NCBI GenBank assembly: GCA_016866495.1
Contig: VGMG01000003.1
Location: 3,557 to 67,556 of the forward strand
DNA length: 64,000 bases
Direction: 5' to 3'
Origin: Chlamydiota bacterium
GTDB lineage: Bacteria > Chlamydiota > Chlamydiia > Chlamydiales > RGXB01
This document shows positions 10,354 to 18,382 of this stretch, one piece after another. Every line of letters starts with the position of its first letter. The first letter of the stretch is position 1. Below the pieces are notes generated by a model, which was given only the letters and a program-made list of their open reading frames with translations, was not told the origin of the DNA and searched no databases. The position numbers and the translations under genes were made by a program.

Positions 10354-11265
10354 ATGGATCAATGGGACTTAAAAGATAAAGTTGTCGTGATTGCCGGTAT
10401 CGGTGACGATGCGGGATTTGCCTGGGCTATAGCAAAAGCCTTCAAAAATCTTGGAGCAAAAGTGATTGCGGGGACATGGCCACCACTTCTCGGGATTTTA
10501 GAACAGATCCTGGCAAATGAAAAATATAGCGAATCAAGAAAACTTAAAAATGGTCAAGAGCTTGTTTTTGATGCCATTTATCCCCTCGATGCCCTTTACG
10601 ATACACTGGATGCTGTGCCCCAGGATGTGAAAGAAAATAAACGTTACAAAGGCTTGGACGATTTTTCCATCAAGGGGTTTGTATCTCGAGTGGCTCAAGA
10701 TTTTGGGAAGGTCGATATCATGATCCACGCAATCGCAAATGCTAAAGAGATCAAAAACCCCTTATCCATGACATCAAGAGAAGGGTATCTGCATGCATTA
10801 AGTGCTTCGAGCTATTCCTTTGTCAGCTTATGCTCTTGTTTCAAAACGATCATGGGATCTAACGGATCATGTCTTACTCTGACCTATCGCGCCGCCGACC
10901 AGGTAATTCCCGGTTACGGAGGCGGAATGTCTTCTGCCAAAGCTGCATTGGAAGCAGACGTGCGCTATCTGGCCTATGAATTGGGGCAAGAAAAAATGAT
11001 TCGTGTCAATGCGATCTCAGCAGGTCCGTTGGCATCAAGAGCGGCAAGAGCTATCGGTATGATCGATTCCATGATAGAATACTCTTTCAATAACTCCCCC
11101 ATCCAACGCGATCTTGAGGCAGAGGACGTCGCAAATACAATGCTCTTTTTAGCCTCCCCGTTAAGTAAAGCTATCACAGGACAAGTCATCTACGTGGATC
11201 ATGGTTTAGGCATCATGGGACGCCCCACACAAAATGCAGAAAAAAAAGAAGAGGCGCTCATTTAG
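10354..11265 (+). CDS. fabI: enoyl-ACP reductase (NADH), plant/chlamydial type
   Basis: VVIAGIGDDAGFAWAIAKAFKNLGAKVIAGTWPP is a plant-like ENR N-terminus. Also YGGGMSSAKAALEADVRYLA and RVNAISAGPLASRAA. Confidence 0.85.
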   Translation: MDQWDLKDKVVVIAGIGDDAGFAWAIAKAFKNLGAKVIAGTWPPLLGILEQILANEKYSESRKLKNGQELVFDAIYPLDALYDTLDAVPQDVKENKRYKGLDDFSIKGFVSRVAQDFGKVDIMIHAIANAKEIKNPLSMTSREGYLHALSASSYSFVSLCSCFKTIMGSNGSCLTLTYRAADQVIPGYGGGMSSAKAALEADVRYLAYELGQEKMIRVNAISAGPLASRAARAIGMIDSMIEYSFNNSPIQRDLEAEDVANTMLFLASPLSKAITGQVIYVDHGLGIMGRPTQNAEKKEEALI

Positions 11266-11278
11266 TATTTTTAAAAAT

Positions 11279-11345
11279 TGAAAAAGGGCCCTTTTTTCCT
11301 CTTTTTGAAATACAAGATGAAGAGGCCCTTTTTTCCTCTTTTTAA
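11279..11345. terminator. two hairpin-capable elements containing a 20-nt direct repeat, between convergent genes
   Basis: Palindrome aaaaagggcccttttt at 11281-11296. ggcccttttttcctcttttt occurs at 11287-11306 and again at 11324-11343. aagagg/cctctt can pair. Confidence 0.4.
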
Positions 11346-11374
11346 GGCAAGATGTAGGGGATCTTTTAAAGCTT

Positions 11375-12592
11375 CTAAAAAGGGCATTTCTCTTGGTTCC
11401 AACCAATAAACAACTCGATCGTACAGACTGGCGCTCTTTCAACAGTGCGAATGGAGATTTTTCTATCAAAAATCCCCCCCTTTTCAAGCTCATAGGGCCT
11501 TGAATCCAGACTTATGTGCCCGATAAATTTCCCCTCACCTTCTATTACACGAAATTTAAGAGGGATTTTTTGTTCTGAGGTGTGTATTGTAACAGCCTCT
11601 TTTTCATGAAAAATAGAAGATTTTGCCTCTTCAATCAACACTTGAATCGAGGGATCAAGATTCACAAATAAACCGATTTCGTGCGCATCCTCTTCATACA
11701 TTCCTCTCAAAGGAATCGTATAAACCGATTTTTCGGGATCAAATGTTGTTGCTTGCGAAGCAAAAAAAGCAACCGTAGCACCTTTGGGAAAATCTAAAAA
11801 TGCACGGGTAGTAAAATCCCCATTTTCGCTAGGATTTTTATGACGCACTTTTGCCGCTTTTCCCTCTAAATGGGAAAGATCGGTCGCTAACACCGATTCC
11901 ATCCAAGTTCTATCTAAAATGGTCTTTTCCTCTTTTAAATCCTCTTCAAAAGTCAGCGCTATTTCTAAAAGAGATTTCAGGGGGTATCCTCTATATTGTT
12001 TCAACCCCTCAAAAGGTCCCTGATAATAAGGGCATCCTTTAACAACGTACAAAGAAAGCCTTTCTTCGATCTTTAAACAAAGAGCTGAAGAGGCCAAAGA
12101 ATATGCTACCACTAAAATGTCTGCCTCCTCTTGTGAGGAAAGGGGGAACTGAGGGAGCATTTCTTCTTTCATAAGAACTGAGCGTAAAAAAGATAAAGCC
12201 CCATCCAAATCCAGTTTTTTTAATCCCTCAATCAAGAGGTTACAGGACTCATGGATTTTTTCTTTGGAAACCTTATCAATCACACGGTCAAATTCTCTAC
12301 ATACAAGAAAAAAAACAGCCGCAAGATAGAGGTTTTTTTTCCAGGAAAAATGCCCGTGATCCAGAAGATGAATGGCATCGGGAAATAACCCTGTTTTGCT
12401 TTGATAGGCAATCAACCTTAAAAGAACCTCTTTCCCCTCAAGCATAGTTTTTTGCTCTTTTTTTCTAAAAAGGGCCAGAGCAAAAAGCGCGTTCTCTAAA
12501 ATAGGGGCTACCACACCAAAATGGATCAGCCTGGTCTCTTCCTGAAAGTGCCTTTCAAAGGCTTTAAGAATTAAATCATTTTTCTGTCGCAT
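11375..12592 (-). CDS. hypothetical protein
   Basis: 405-aa ORF with no competing frame. No motif recognised. Confidence 0.5.
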   Translation of the reverse strand: MRQKNDLILKAFERHFQEETRLIHFGVVAPILENALFALALFRKKEQKTMLEGKEVLLRLIAYQSKTGLFPDAIHLLDHGHFSWKKNLYLAAVFFLVCREFDRVIDKVSKEKIHESCNLLIEGLKKLDLDGALSFLRSVLMKEEMLPQFPLSSQEEADILVVAYSLASSALCLKIEERLSLYVVKGCPYYQGPFEGLKQYRGYPLKSLLEIALTFEEDLKEEKTILDRTWMESVLATDLSHLEGKAAKVRHKNPSENGDFTTRAFLDFPKGATVAFFASQATTFDPEKSVYTIPLRGMYEEDAHEIGLFVNLDPSIQVLIEEAKSSIFHEKEAVTIHTSEQKIPLKFRVIEGEGKFIGHISLDSRPYELEKGGIFDRKISIRTVERAPVCTIELFIGWNQEKCPF

Positions 12593-12818
12593 AACTGCTT
12601 AGAATATATCCTCTATTCTGTTGAAAAACAACAATCCTATGAGAAAAAAAAGCTTAGAGTCCTCTTAGCGCTAAAAAATCCAGTGATCACCATAAGAACC
12701 ATTTTGATGAATTCTTTTAAAAAATCTTTATAGCTTAAAGCCCTTTTTTTCATCTGTCGATTTAAAAGCGTTTCTGTTATAGGTTTTTGTATTGTCTTAA
12801 TGTTTTTATGGAGCAGCT

Positions 12819-13331
12819 ATGCGATGCCGCTTAATTCCTCTTATTTTTTTCTCTACAAGTGTTTTCGCACAACAAGAACTTTCTCCACAACTTTCCACCT
12901 CTTTACCTACTGAGGCTGTTGTGGTCGTAGAACCTTCTAAAAACGCCCCGTTAGATTCTAGTAAAAAACCAACACAGGACGAAAAAGAGGCCGAAGGCCA
13001 AGATAGCAAAGAAATCCAACAGCAAAATAAAAATTTCCAAAACGCCATCTTAAAGACCTTTTTGTCGATTTTTGGCCTCATTTCGTTAATACTTCTGACT
13101 ATTTGGTTTCTAAGACGCCTCTCGCATAATCGTCACACGTTTGGAATGAAATCACACTCGTTGCAAATTTTAGAAAAAAGACTTTTGAGTCCCAAAACCA
13201 CTTTATACCTTATGGAAGTCGACGGGAAAAAAATTGTTTTTGCCGAATCGATGATGGAGGTAAAAGTTTTATACACTGAGTCCCCGACTTCAACTGCCTT
13301 GTCTCCTGTACCCTATACTGAGTTAAAATAA
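12819..13331 (+). CDS. FliO-like single-pass membrane protein
   Basis: Signal-like N-terminus, then TM FLSIFGLISLILLTIWFLRRL followed by LQILEKRLLSPKTTLYLMEVDGKKIVFAES. This is the FliO-family pattern as I recall it. Confidence 0.45.
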   Translation: MRCRLIPLIFFSTSVFAQQELSPQLSTSLPTEAVVVVEPSKNAPLDSSKKPTQDEKEAEGQDSKEIQQQNKNFQNAILKTFLSIFGLISLILLTIWFLRRLSHNRHTFGMKSHSLQILEKRLLSPKTTLYLMEVDGKKIVFAESMMEVKVLYTESPTSTALSPVPYTELK

Positions 13332-13433
13332 AAAATACTTAATCTTTATAAAATAAAAAAATTTTCACTATTGCCAAAGAGGTGTAAATCAAGGTAAAAT
13401 GGTCTCGAAGGAAAATTTTATTGAGGTCATTTT

Positions 13434-13925
13434 ATGGGCATATGCACTGCAAGCATGGCAGTAAATCTTACTTGCAAATTTAATGAAATAGTTGATGAAA
13501 AGATCGAGACAAAAAAGAAGGAATTGGATGAAATTTCTTTCTCTTTGTCTAACAATGCAAAGTTTTTAAGACATCTTCGGGTCCTACAAACTTCAAAAAA
13601 AGAGGTGGATTTGACCCACCTTGAGAGCGAATTTGGCGCTTTCAGAGCCCAATTTGAAAAAATTCAAGATCAAATGGATGCTGAATTCAAGAGCACTTTT
13701 GACTTCAACAAAGTAGATCTTAAAAAAGTGAGTCTGGAAGTTCTTGAGGATCTTATCGGGGAAGTAGAAAACTCAAAAACTTTTCTTGAAAACCGTATCC
13801 AGCCCGACATCATGGAGATCGAAGCACAAATCCAACTGATGAGACTTTTGTGCGAAATCACCAAGATTATCGTTCAAGAAGATTCAAGATGTAAAAACGG
13901 GATTTTGAACCGTGCGGGCAAATAG
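13434..13925 (+). CDS. hypothetical coiled-coil protein upstream of T3SS chaperone
   Basis: 163-aa helical, charged ORF. Its stop overlaps the chaperone start. No motif recognised. Confidence 0.4.
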   Translation: MGICTASMAVNLTCKFNEIVDEKIETKKKELDEISFSLSNNAKFLRHLRVLQTSKKEVDLTHLESEFGAFRAQFEKIQDQMDAEFKSTFDFNKVDLKKVSLEVLEDLIGEVENSKTFLENRIQPDIMEIEAQIQLMRLLCEITKIIVQEDSRCKNGILNRAGK

Positions 13926-14391
13926 TTATTTATCGCTATTAGCCAGAAAACAGATCGAATCGATTGTGAGAAAAATACGCTCTAAAAGCTCTTTAAGTCC
14001 GCTCGATATTATCGAATTGTCAGAAAAAGATTTAGAGCTTGTTTACTCTATGGGGTACACTTTCTACGAATCGGGGCATTACGAAAAAGCCAAATCCCTT
14101 TTTTTGAAATTGATTTTTTCTAACCCCTTTCAGCCTGCGTACTGGAAGGCTTTGGGGTGCACATCTCAGATGCTTAAAGAATCTGCCGACAGTGTTATTT
14201 ACTACTCTGTAGCTTTACTCATCGAACCCAACGACCCTGCCCTTCACCTATATGCAGCAAAAGCCCTTATGGATCTTGATCGATTCGATGAGGCTCGTGG
14301 AGCCCTTTTAAAAGCTGAAGAGTTAGCCCCAAAAGAAGATATTGATTTTCACAGTCAACTAGAGGTTCTTTATGAGCGATGTGGCAATTGA
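13912..14391 (+). CDS. type III secretion class II (translocator) chaperone, SycD/LcrH/Scc-like TPR protein
   Basis: 159 aa. TPR run: GYTFYESGHYEKAKSLFLKLIFSNPFQPAYWKALGCTSQMLKESADSVIYYSVALLIEPNDPALHLYAAKALMDLDRFDEARGALLKA. Followed by two hydrophobic proteins. Confidence 0.8.
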   Translation: MRANSYLSLLARKQIESIVRKIRSKSSLSPLDIIELSEKDLELVYSMGYTFYESGHYEKAKSLFLKLIFSNPFQPAYWKALGCTSQMLKESADSVIYYSVALLIEPNDPALHLYAAKALMDLDRFDEARGALLKAEELAPKEDIDFHSQLEVLYERCGN

Positions 14392-15262
14392 GCCTGTTGG
14401 ACCGAAAAAAAAGGTTTTAAGTCCCGAATTTTTTTCCTTATACGAGGAAAAACATTCCGTTCCCTTCTCCCCTTCTGTCGTCATAGAGGAGGCGAAGTCC
14501 CAAAAAAATGTGGAATTGAGGCCTCAACTCACCTCCCCATCTCGGGTGGGTTCAAGTTCTATGTCGAATCTGATCTCACTGGTCAATAATCTCGACAATT
14601 TAAAAAACAATCTTCAGGATGAGAACCGTTTAAAATTCTTGAACTATTCCAAGGTTCACAAATCTTTACGCCATGAACTTCAAGAGGCTCAAAAAGCGCA
14701 CGAAAAAGCGGAACAGAAGGGAAAGTTTACCGCTCTTTTGAAAGATTTAGCCCTTTTCGCTACCTCAACAATCTCCTTCATCTATACAGGTCGTTGGGGT
14801 GAAGCCTCGCTCACTGAAAAAATTCTCAAAACTAGCACCGTAGGGCTCTCGGGTTTATCTTTGGCGACTCACGCTTTAGATAAATTCAATATCGTTGATG
14901 AAAAAGTCAAAAATATACTTCTCGGCCTCAATCTTTTGGGCCTAGGAGCCTCCACCTACATGCATTTGACCACTATGGCTCAACTCGCTACCCCTGTGGA
15001 AAAATTCTCAAACATGGCCGCACAAGTCATTTCCGGCGTCTCTCTTATTGATGAAGGGCATCGGAACAACCAATCTGCTCTTTTAACTAAAAAAGCCTTC
15101 GAACAAAACCGAGAGATCAAAGCAATTGAATCCCGCCTTACGGACACCTTCAATGAAGATCTCTACGATAGACAAAGATTAGAAATCGAACGCCAAGTCG
15201 CTTCGATTATTCATGCCTATCAGGACGCGTCTCGAGGAATTCAAGATAATTATCAAGGATAA
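14372..15262 (+). CDS. putative T3SS major translocator (CopB/YopB-like, short)
   Basis: Position immediately after the chaperone. Coiled-coil N-half, then hydrophobic helices LALFATSTISFIY, VGLSGLSLATHAL, ILLGLNLLGLGASTYMHL. Confidence 0.5.
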   Translation: MSDVAIEPVGPKKKVLSPEFFSLYEEKHSVPFSPSVVIEEAKSQKNVELRPQLTSPSRVGSSSMSNLISLVNNLDNLKNNLQDENRLKFLNYSKVHKSLRHELQEAQKAHEKAEQKGKFTALLKDLALFATSTISFIYTGRWGEASLTEKILKTSTVGLSGLSLATHALDKFNIVDEKVKNILLGLNLLGLGASTYMHLTTMAQLATPVEKFSNMAAQVISGVSLIDEGHRNNQSALLTKKAFEQNREIKAIESRLTDTFNEDLYDRQRLEIERQVASIIHAYQDASRGIQDNYQG

Positions 15263-15263
15263 T

Positions 15264-15749
15264 ATGTCACACGTTGCACGAATTACCGCATACATGAAAG
15301 AAGTTTACACCGTTTTTTCCAAATTGCGACTTGAAGAAGAGCGCATCGCTCGGGAAACCTTTGAACTACACATCAAAGGAGCAAAAAGACAAGGAGTCCA
15401 ATATAACAACCTGGCAAATCTTGAGCTCAGCGCCCTTTTTGGTGGCATGGGCCAACTTCTCAACACCTACTTGAGCTCAGAGCATTGTACAGCGTCAGCT
15501 GTCCTTGGGGAAAGGGGAAAAGCGGTTCTCACCACCGTCTCTGCTTTGGCTAATCCAACGTTTAAAGTTGGCGGGGAGTTTCTAAAAACACGTAAAAATG
15601 GCCAGATAAAAACATTTGAAGCGGTGGATTTAAGAAAAGACGAACTGAACAACACAGAGGCAAAACAAAGAGCCGCCTCTTTACGAGATCTGATCAATCA
15701 CATTACAGGGCTGTTTAGTAACCTTATCGGCCGAGCTTCTCCTTTTTAA
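15264..15749 (+). CDS. putative T3SS minor translocator (CopD/YopD-like, short)
   Basis: Track ORF is 15213..15749. I prefer the ATG at 15264, just after the upstream stop and preceded by aaggat. One hydrophobic helix LELSALFGGMGQLLNTYL. Confidence 0.4.
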   Translation: MSHVARITAYMKEVYTVFSKLRLEEERIARETFELHIKGAKRQGVQYNNLANLELSALFGGMGQLLNTYLSSEHCTASAVLGERGKAVLTTVSALANPTFKVGGEFLKTRKNGQIKTFEAVDLRKDELNNTEAKQRAASLRDLINHITGLFSNLIGRASPF

Positions 15750-15784
15750 AAATCCCTTGGCTTTACAAAAAATCCTTTATGGAT

Positions 15785-15815
15785 AAAAAAACCCGTTTCA
15801 ATAACGGGTTTTTCA
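15785..15815. terminator. bidirectional rho-independent-type terminator
   Basis: aaaaa-aacccgtt-tcaat-aacgggtt-ttt: 8-bp perfect stem, 5-nt loop, A-run and T-run flanks, between convergent genes. Confidence 0.65.
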
Positions 15816-15840
15816 TTTGGTCAAGACTTTAAAAATCTAG

Positions 15841-16593
15841 TTAGAGATTACTTTCTTTAAGCTCTCCCATCATTTTCCCCAGAGATTGATCCAATGGATT
15901 CAATCCAATTAGAGGAGCTGGTGAAAATTCTCTATCACTCAAAGATGGATTCCCACTTGAATGCAAATACCCCGCCCTTTGGGTAAGTCTTGCCGTGTCC
16001 GGCGTTTGTCGCCCTGCTTCCAAATCCAACGATGGAAAAACGCAGCCGCTTGGGGGCAGAGATTGTGCGTCAGATGCTACCGATAGAGCTCTCTTTCTTT
16101 CGATCTGTTTCATTTTGGCGGGGGTAAAAACTATAAGGTTTTTCTCTTCAGGAGCCATAACACATACGGCCATTCCATCTTTAAATCGCATAAAAAGGCG
16201 ATTTGCAAGCTCAGAGATCTTTTTGATGGGATATTTCCCCTCCCGAATCTCCATCTTTATAGATTCAGCTCTCTCAAGAAAGGTTTGTTTTTTCCCTTCT
16301 GCCATGCGACTTGAGTCTTCTCTACACAAACCATGGTTGCTTGCCAAAGATTCGAAAGCAAGATGGAGTTTTGCAAAATACTCATCGATAGAGACTTCGT
16401 CTCTATTTGCATGATTAGACTCTAAAATAAGATGCGCAGCCTGGGTAAGATTTCTTAAGGTTTTTTTTTCCTGGTCTTTTTGAGCTGCATGCATACCCCC
16501 AAAAGTTACAGTACTTTCCACTTCTTTTAATTTTGCTTCCATACGGGTAAGGATATTTTCCGGGAAAACAATCTGCGGGAGCTGTATATTCAT
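15841..16593 (-). CDS. hypothetical protein
   Basis: 250-aa ORF with no motif recognised. The antisense ORF 15995..16414 is judged a shadow. Confidence 0.45.
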   Translation of the reverse strand: MNIQLPQIVFPENILTRMEAKLKEVESTVTFGGMHAAQKDQEKKTLRNLTQAAHLILESNHANRDEVSIDEYFAKLHLAFESLASNHGLCREDSSRMAEGKKQTFLERAESIKMEIREGKYPIKKISELANRLFMRFKDGMAVCVMAPEEKNLIVFTPAKMKQIERKRALSVASDAQSLPPSGCVFPSLDLEAGRQTPDTARLTQRAGYLHSSGNPSLSDREFSPAPLIGLNPLDQSLGKMMGELKESNL

Positions 16594-16841
16594 AAATAAT
16601 TCTATTTAAATTTTGGAACTATGATACACCAAAAGGAGTTTTTTTTATATATTTTTTTCTAATCTGAGCATCCTTACGCATATAAGGAGATACTTAATAA
16701 ATTTTTACACAAGTTTTTTTCTCTTTTACTTTTAAAGATTTTGTTAAAAATAAGCCACAATTTTTTTTTGAAAGGGTTTTTGGTTGAAAAAATCCCATCA
16801 GATTCATATGGTGCGCCTTAAGCGGTCGTCGTAGGAAAAAC

Positions 16842-17630
16842 ATGTGGAATTTAGCCGAAACATTCTGGTTTTTGAATGCTCTTGGTGAGTACTCCTCTTT
16901 AATCGCCTCCGTAATTTCCGCCTCTTTTCGAACACCTCCCAAGTGGCGCCTTATTCGTGATCAGCTTTACCAAATCGGTGTTCTTTCTTTGCCCGTGGTC
17001 TCCATGACTGGCTTTTCTACAGGTCTTGTTTTGGCGACCCAGTCGTTTTTCCAATTGAACGACAAAGGTTTGGCCGGTGCCACCGGTATCTTGGTTGCCA
17101 AATCGATGGTTACGGAACTTGGCCCAGTATTGACCGCTTTCATGATTACGGGGCGCGTTGGCGCTGCGATGTGCGCTGAGCTTGGAACTATGCGCGTAAC
17201 CGAGCAAATTGATGCCCTGGAAACCATGTCAGTAGATCCTAATGCTTACCTGGTATCGCCAAGATTTATCGCAGGTACCGTCATGACCCCCCTTCTAACC
17301 ATTTTTAGTGTGATGATGGGGATAATTGGGGGATATTTGATTGCGGTGAACTTTTTTAAAATGGCACCCAATAGCTACTACGATCCGATTAAAGATTACA
17401 TGCATAATTTCGATTTTTTTATCGGGTTGGTCAAATCTTTTTTCTTTGGGGTTTTGATCATCACCATATGTTGCTTTAAGGGGATGAACACAAGCGGTGG
17501 GGCTGAGGGTGTGGGACGCGCCACAACCAACTCGGTAGTGATCTGCTATACCGCTATCCTTTTTTCCAATTTTTTCATTACGATGGGGCTGAACTTGATC
17601 CATGATCAGATCGTGAGGTACTTATTATGA
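16842..17630 (+). CDS. mlaE: phospholipid/lipid ABC transporter permease MlaE
   Basis: GPVLTAFMITGRVGAAMCAELGTMRVTEQIDALETMSVDP is the classic MlaE/YrbE signature. Confidence 0.85.
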   Translation: MWNLAETFWFLNALGEYSSLIASVISASFRTPPKWRLIRDQLYQIGVLSLPVVSMTGFSTGLVLATQSFFQLNDKGLAGATGILVAKSMVTELGPVLTAFMITGRVGAAMCAELGTMRVTEQIDALETMSVDPNAYLVSPRFIAGTVMTPLLTIFSVMMGIIGGYLIAVNFFKMAPNSYYDPIKDYMHNFDFFIGLVKSFFFGVLIITICCFKGMNTSGGAEGVGRATTNSVVICYTAILFSNFFITMGLNLIHDQIVRYLL

Positions 17631-18382
17631 TCGAGGTCAAGAATGTCTCAAAAGCTTTCGGATCACTTCAGGTCTTAAAAAAGGTCTCTTTGAAAATTGA
17701 AGAGGGAGAAACGATGGTTGTGATGGGTAAATCGGGTGTCGGTAAAAGCGTATTACTCAAACAAATCATTGGGTTAAGCAAACCCGAAGAGGGAGAAATC
17801 TGGATAAGGGGCAAAGAGACGACTCAGCTATCGGGTGAAAAGCTTTATGAAGCAAATAAAGATCTTGGGATGCTTTTTCAGGGTGGCGCCCTTTTTGATT
17901 CCATGAGCGTTTTTGAAAATGTCATTTTCCACGAGCATTACCATAGACACACTCCTCTTGAGCATCTACGAGAAACCGCCCAAAGGGCTCTTCATTCAGT
18001 AGATCTCAAGGACGTCATGGATAAGATGCCCTCTGAACTCTCGGGCGGAATGAAAAAGAGGGCTGCTTTAGCTCGACTCATCGCCTACCGCCCCAACATG
18101 ATTCTCTATGACGAACCCACGACCGGATTAGACCCGCTTACTGCTCAAGTGATTATTGATCTCATCAATAAAGTAAATAAGGAGTTAAACGCTACATCGA
18201 TTGTCGTCACGCACGATATTGTGTTAGCGATTGCGGTGGCAACAAAAATTGCCCTTATCGATCAAGGCGAAATCCATATCGTTGAAAATCCCAAAGAATT
18301 TTTCACCCACCAAGGCAATGATGTGATTGACTTCTTTAAAACAATACTTCCACAGCAATGCCTAGACAAGAGGGTTGTTTGA
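17627..18382 (+). CDS. mlaF: ABC transporter ATP-binding protein MlaF
   Basis: Walker A GKSGVGKS, signature LSGGMKKRAALARL, Walker B ILYDEPTTGLD. 4-nt overlap with mlaE. Confidence 0.9.
   Translation: MIEVKNVSKAFGSLQVLKKVSLKIEEGETMVVMGKSGVGKSVLLKQIIGLSKPEEGEIWIRGKETTQLSGEKLYEANKDLGMLFQGGALFDSMSVFENVIFHEHYHRHTPLEHLRETAQRALHSVDLKDVMDKMPSELSGGMKKRAALARLIAYRPNMILYDEPTTGLDPLTAQVIIDLINKVNKELNATSIVVTHDIVLAIAVATKIALIDQGEIHIVENPKEFFTHQGNDVIDFFKTILPQQCLDKRVV

Noticed and set aside
11206-11493. A 95-aa minus-strand ORF spanning the fabI 3' end and the intergenic hairpins.
   Set aside because: It overlaps the fabI stop region, the terminator-like repeats and the 3' end of the 405-aa gene in another frame, so it is most likely spurious.
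16694-17207. Minus-strand ORFs 16694..16942, 16899..17207 and 16967..17227 around the mlaE start.
   Set aside because: They are antisense to a well-supported MlaE frame or lie in its 5' leader. Their products are low-complexity or basic and have no motifs.
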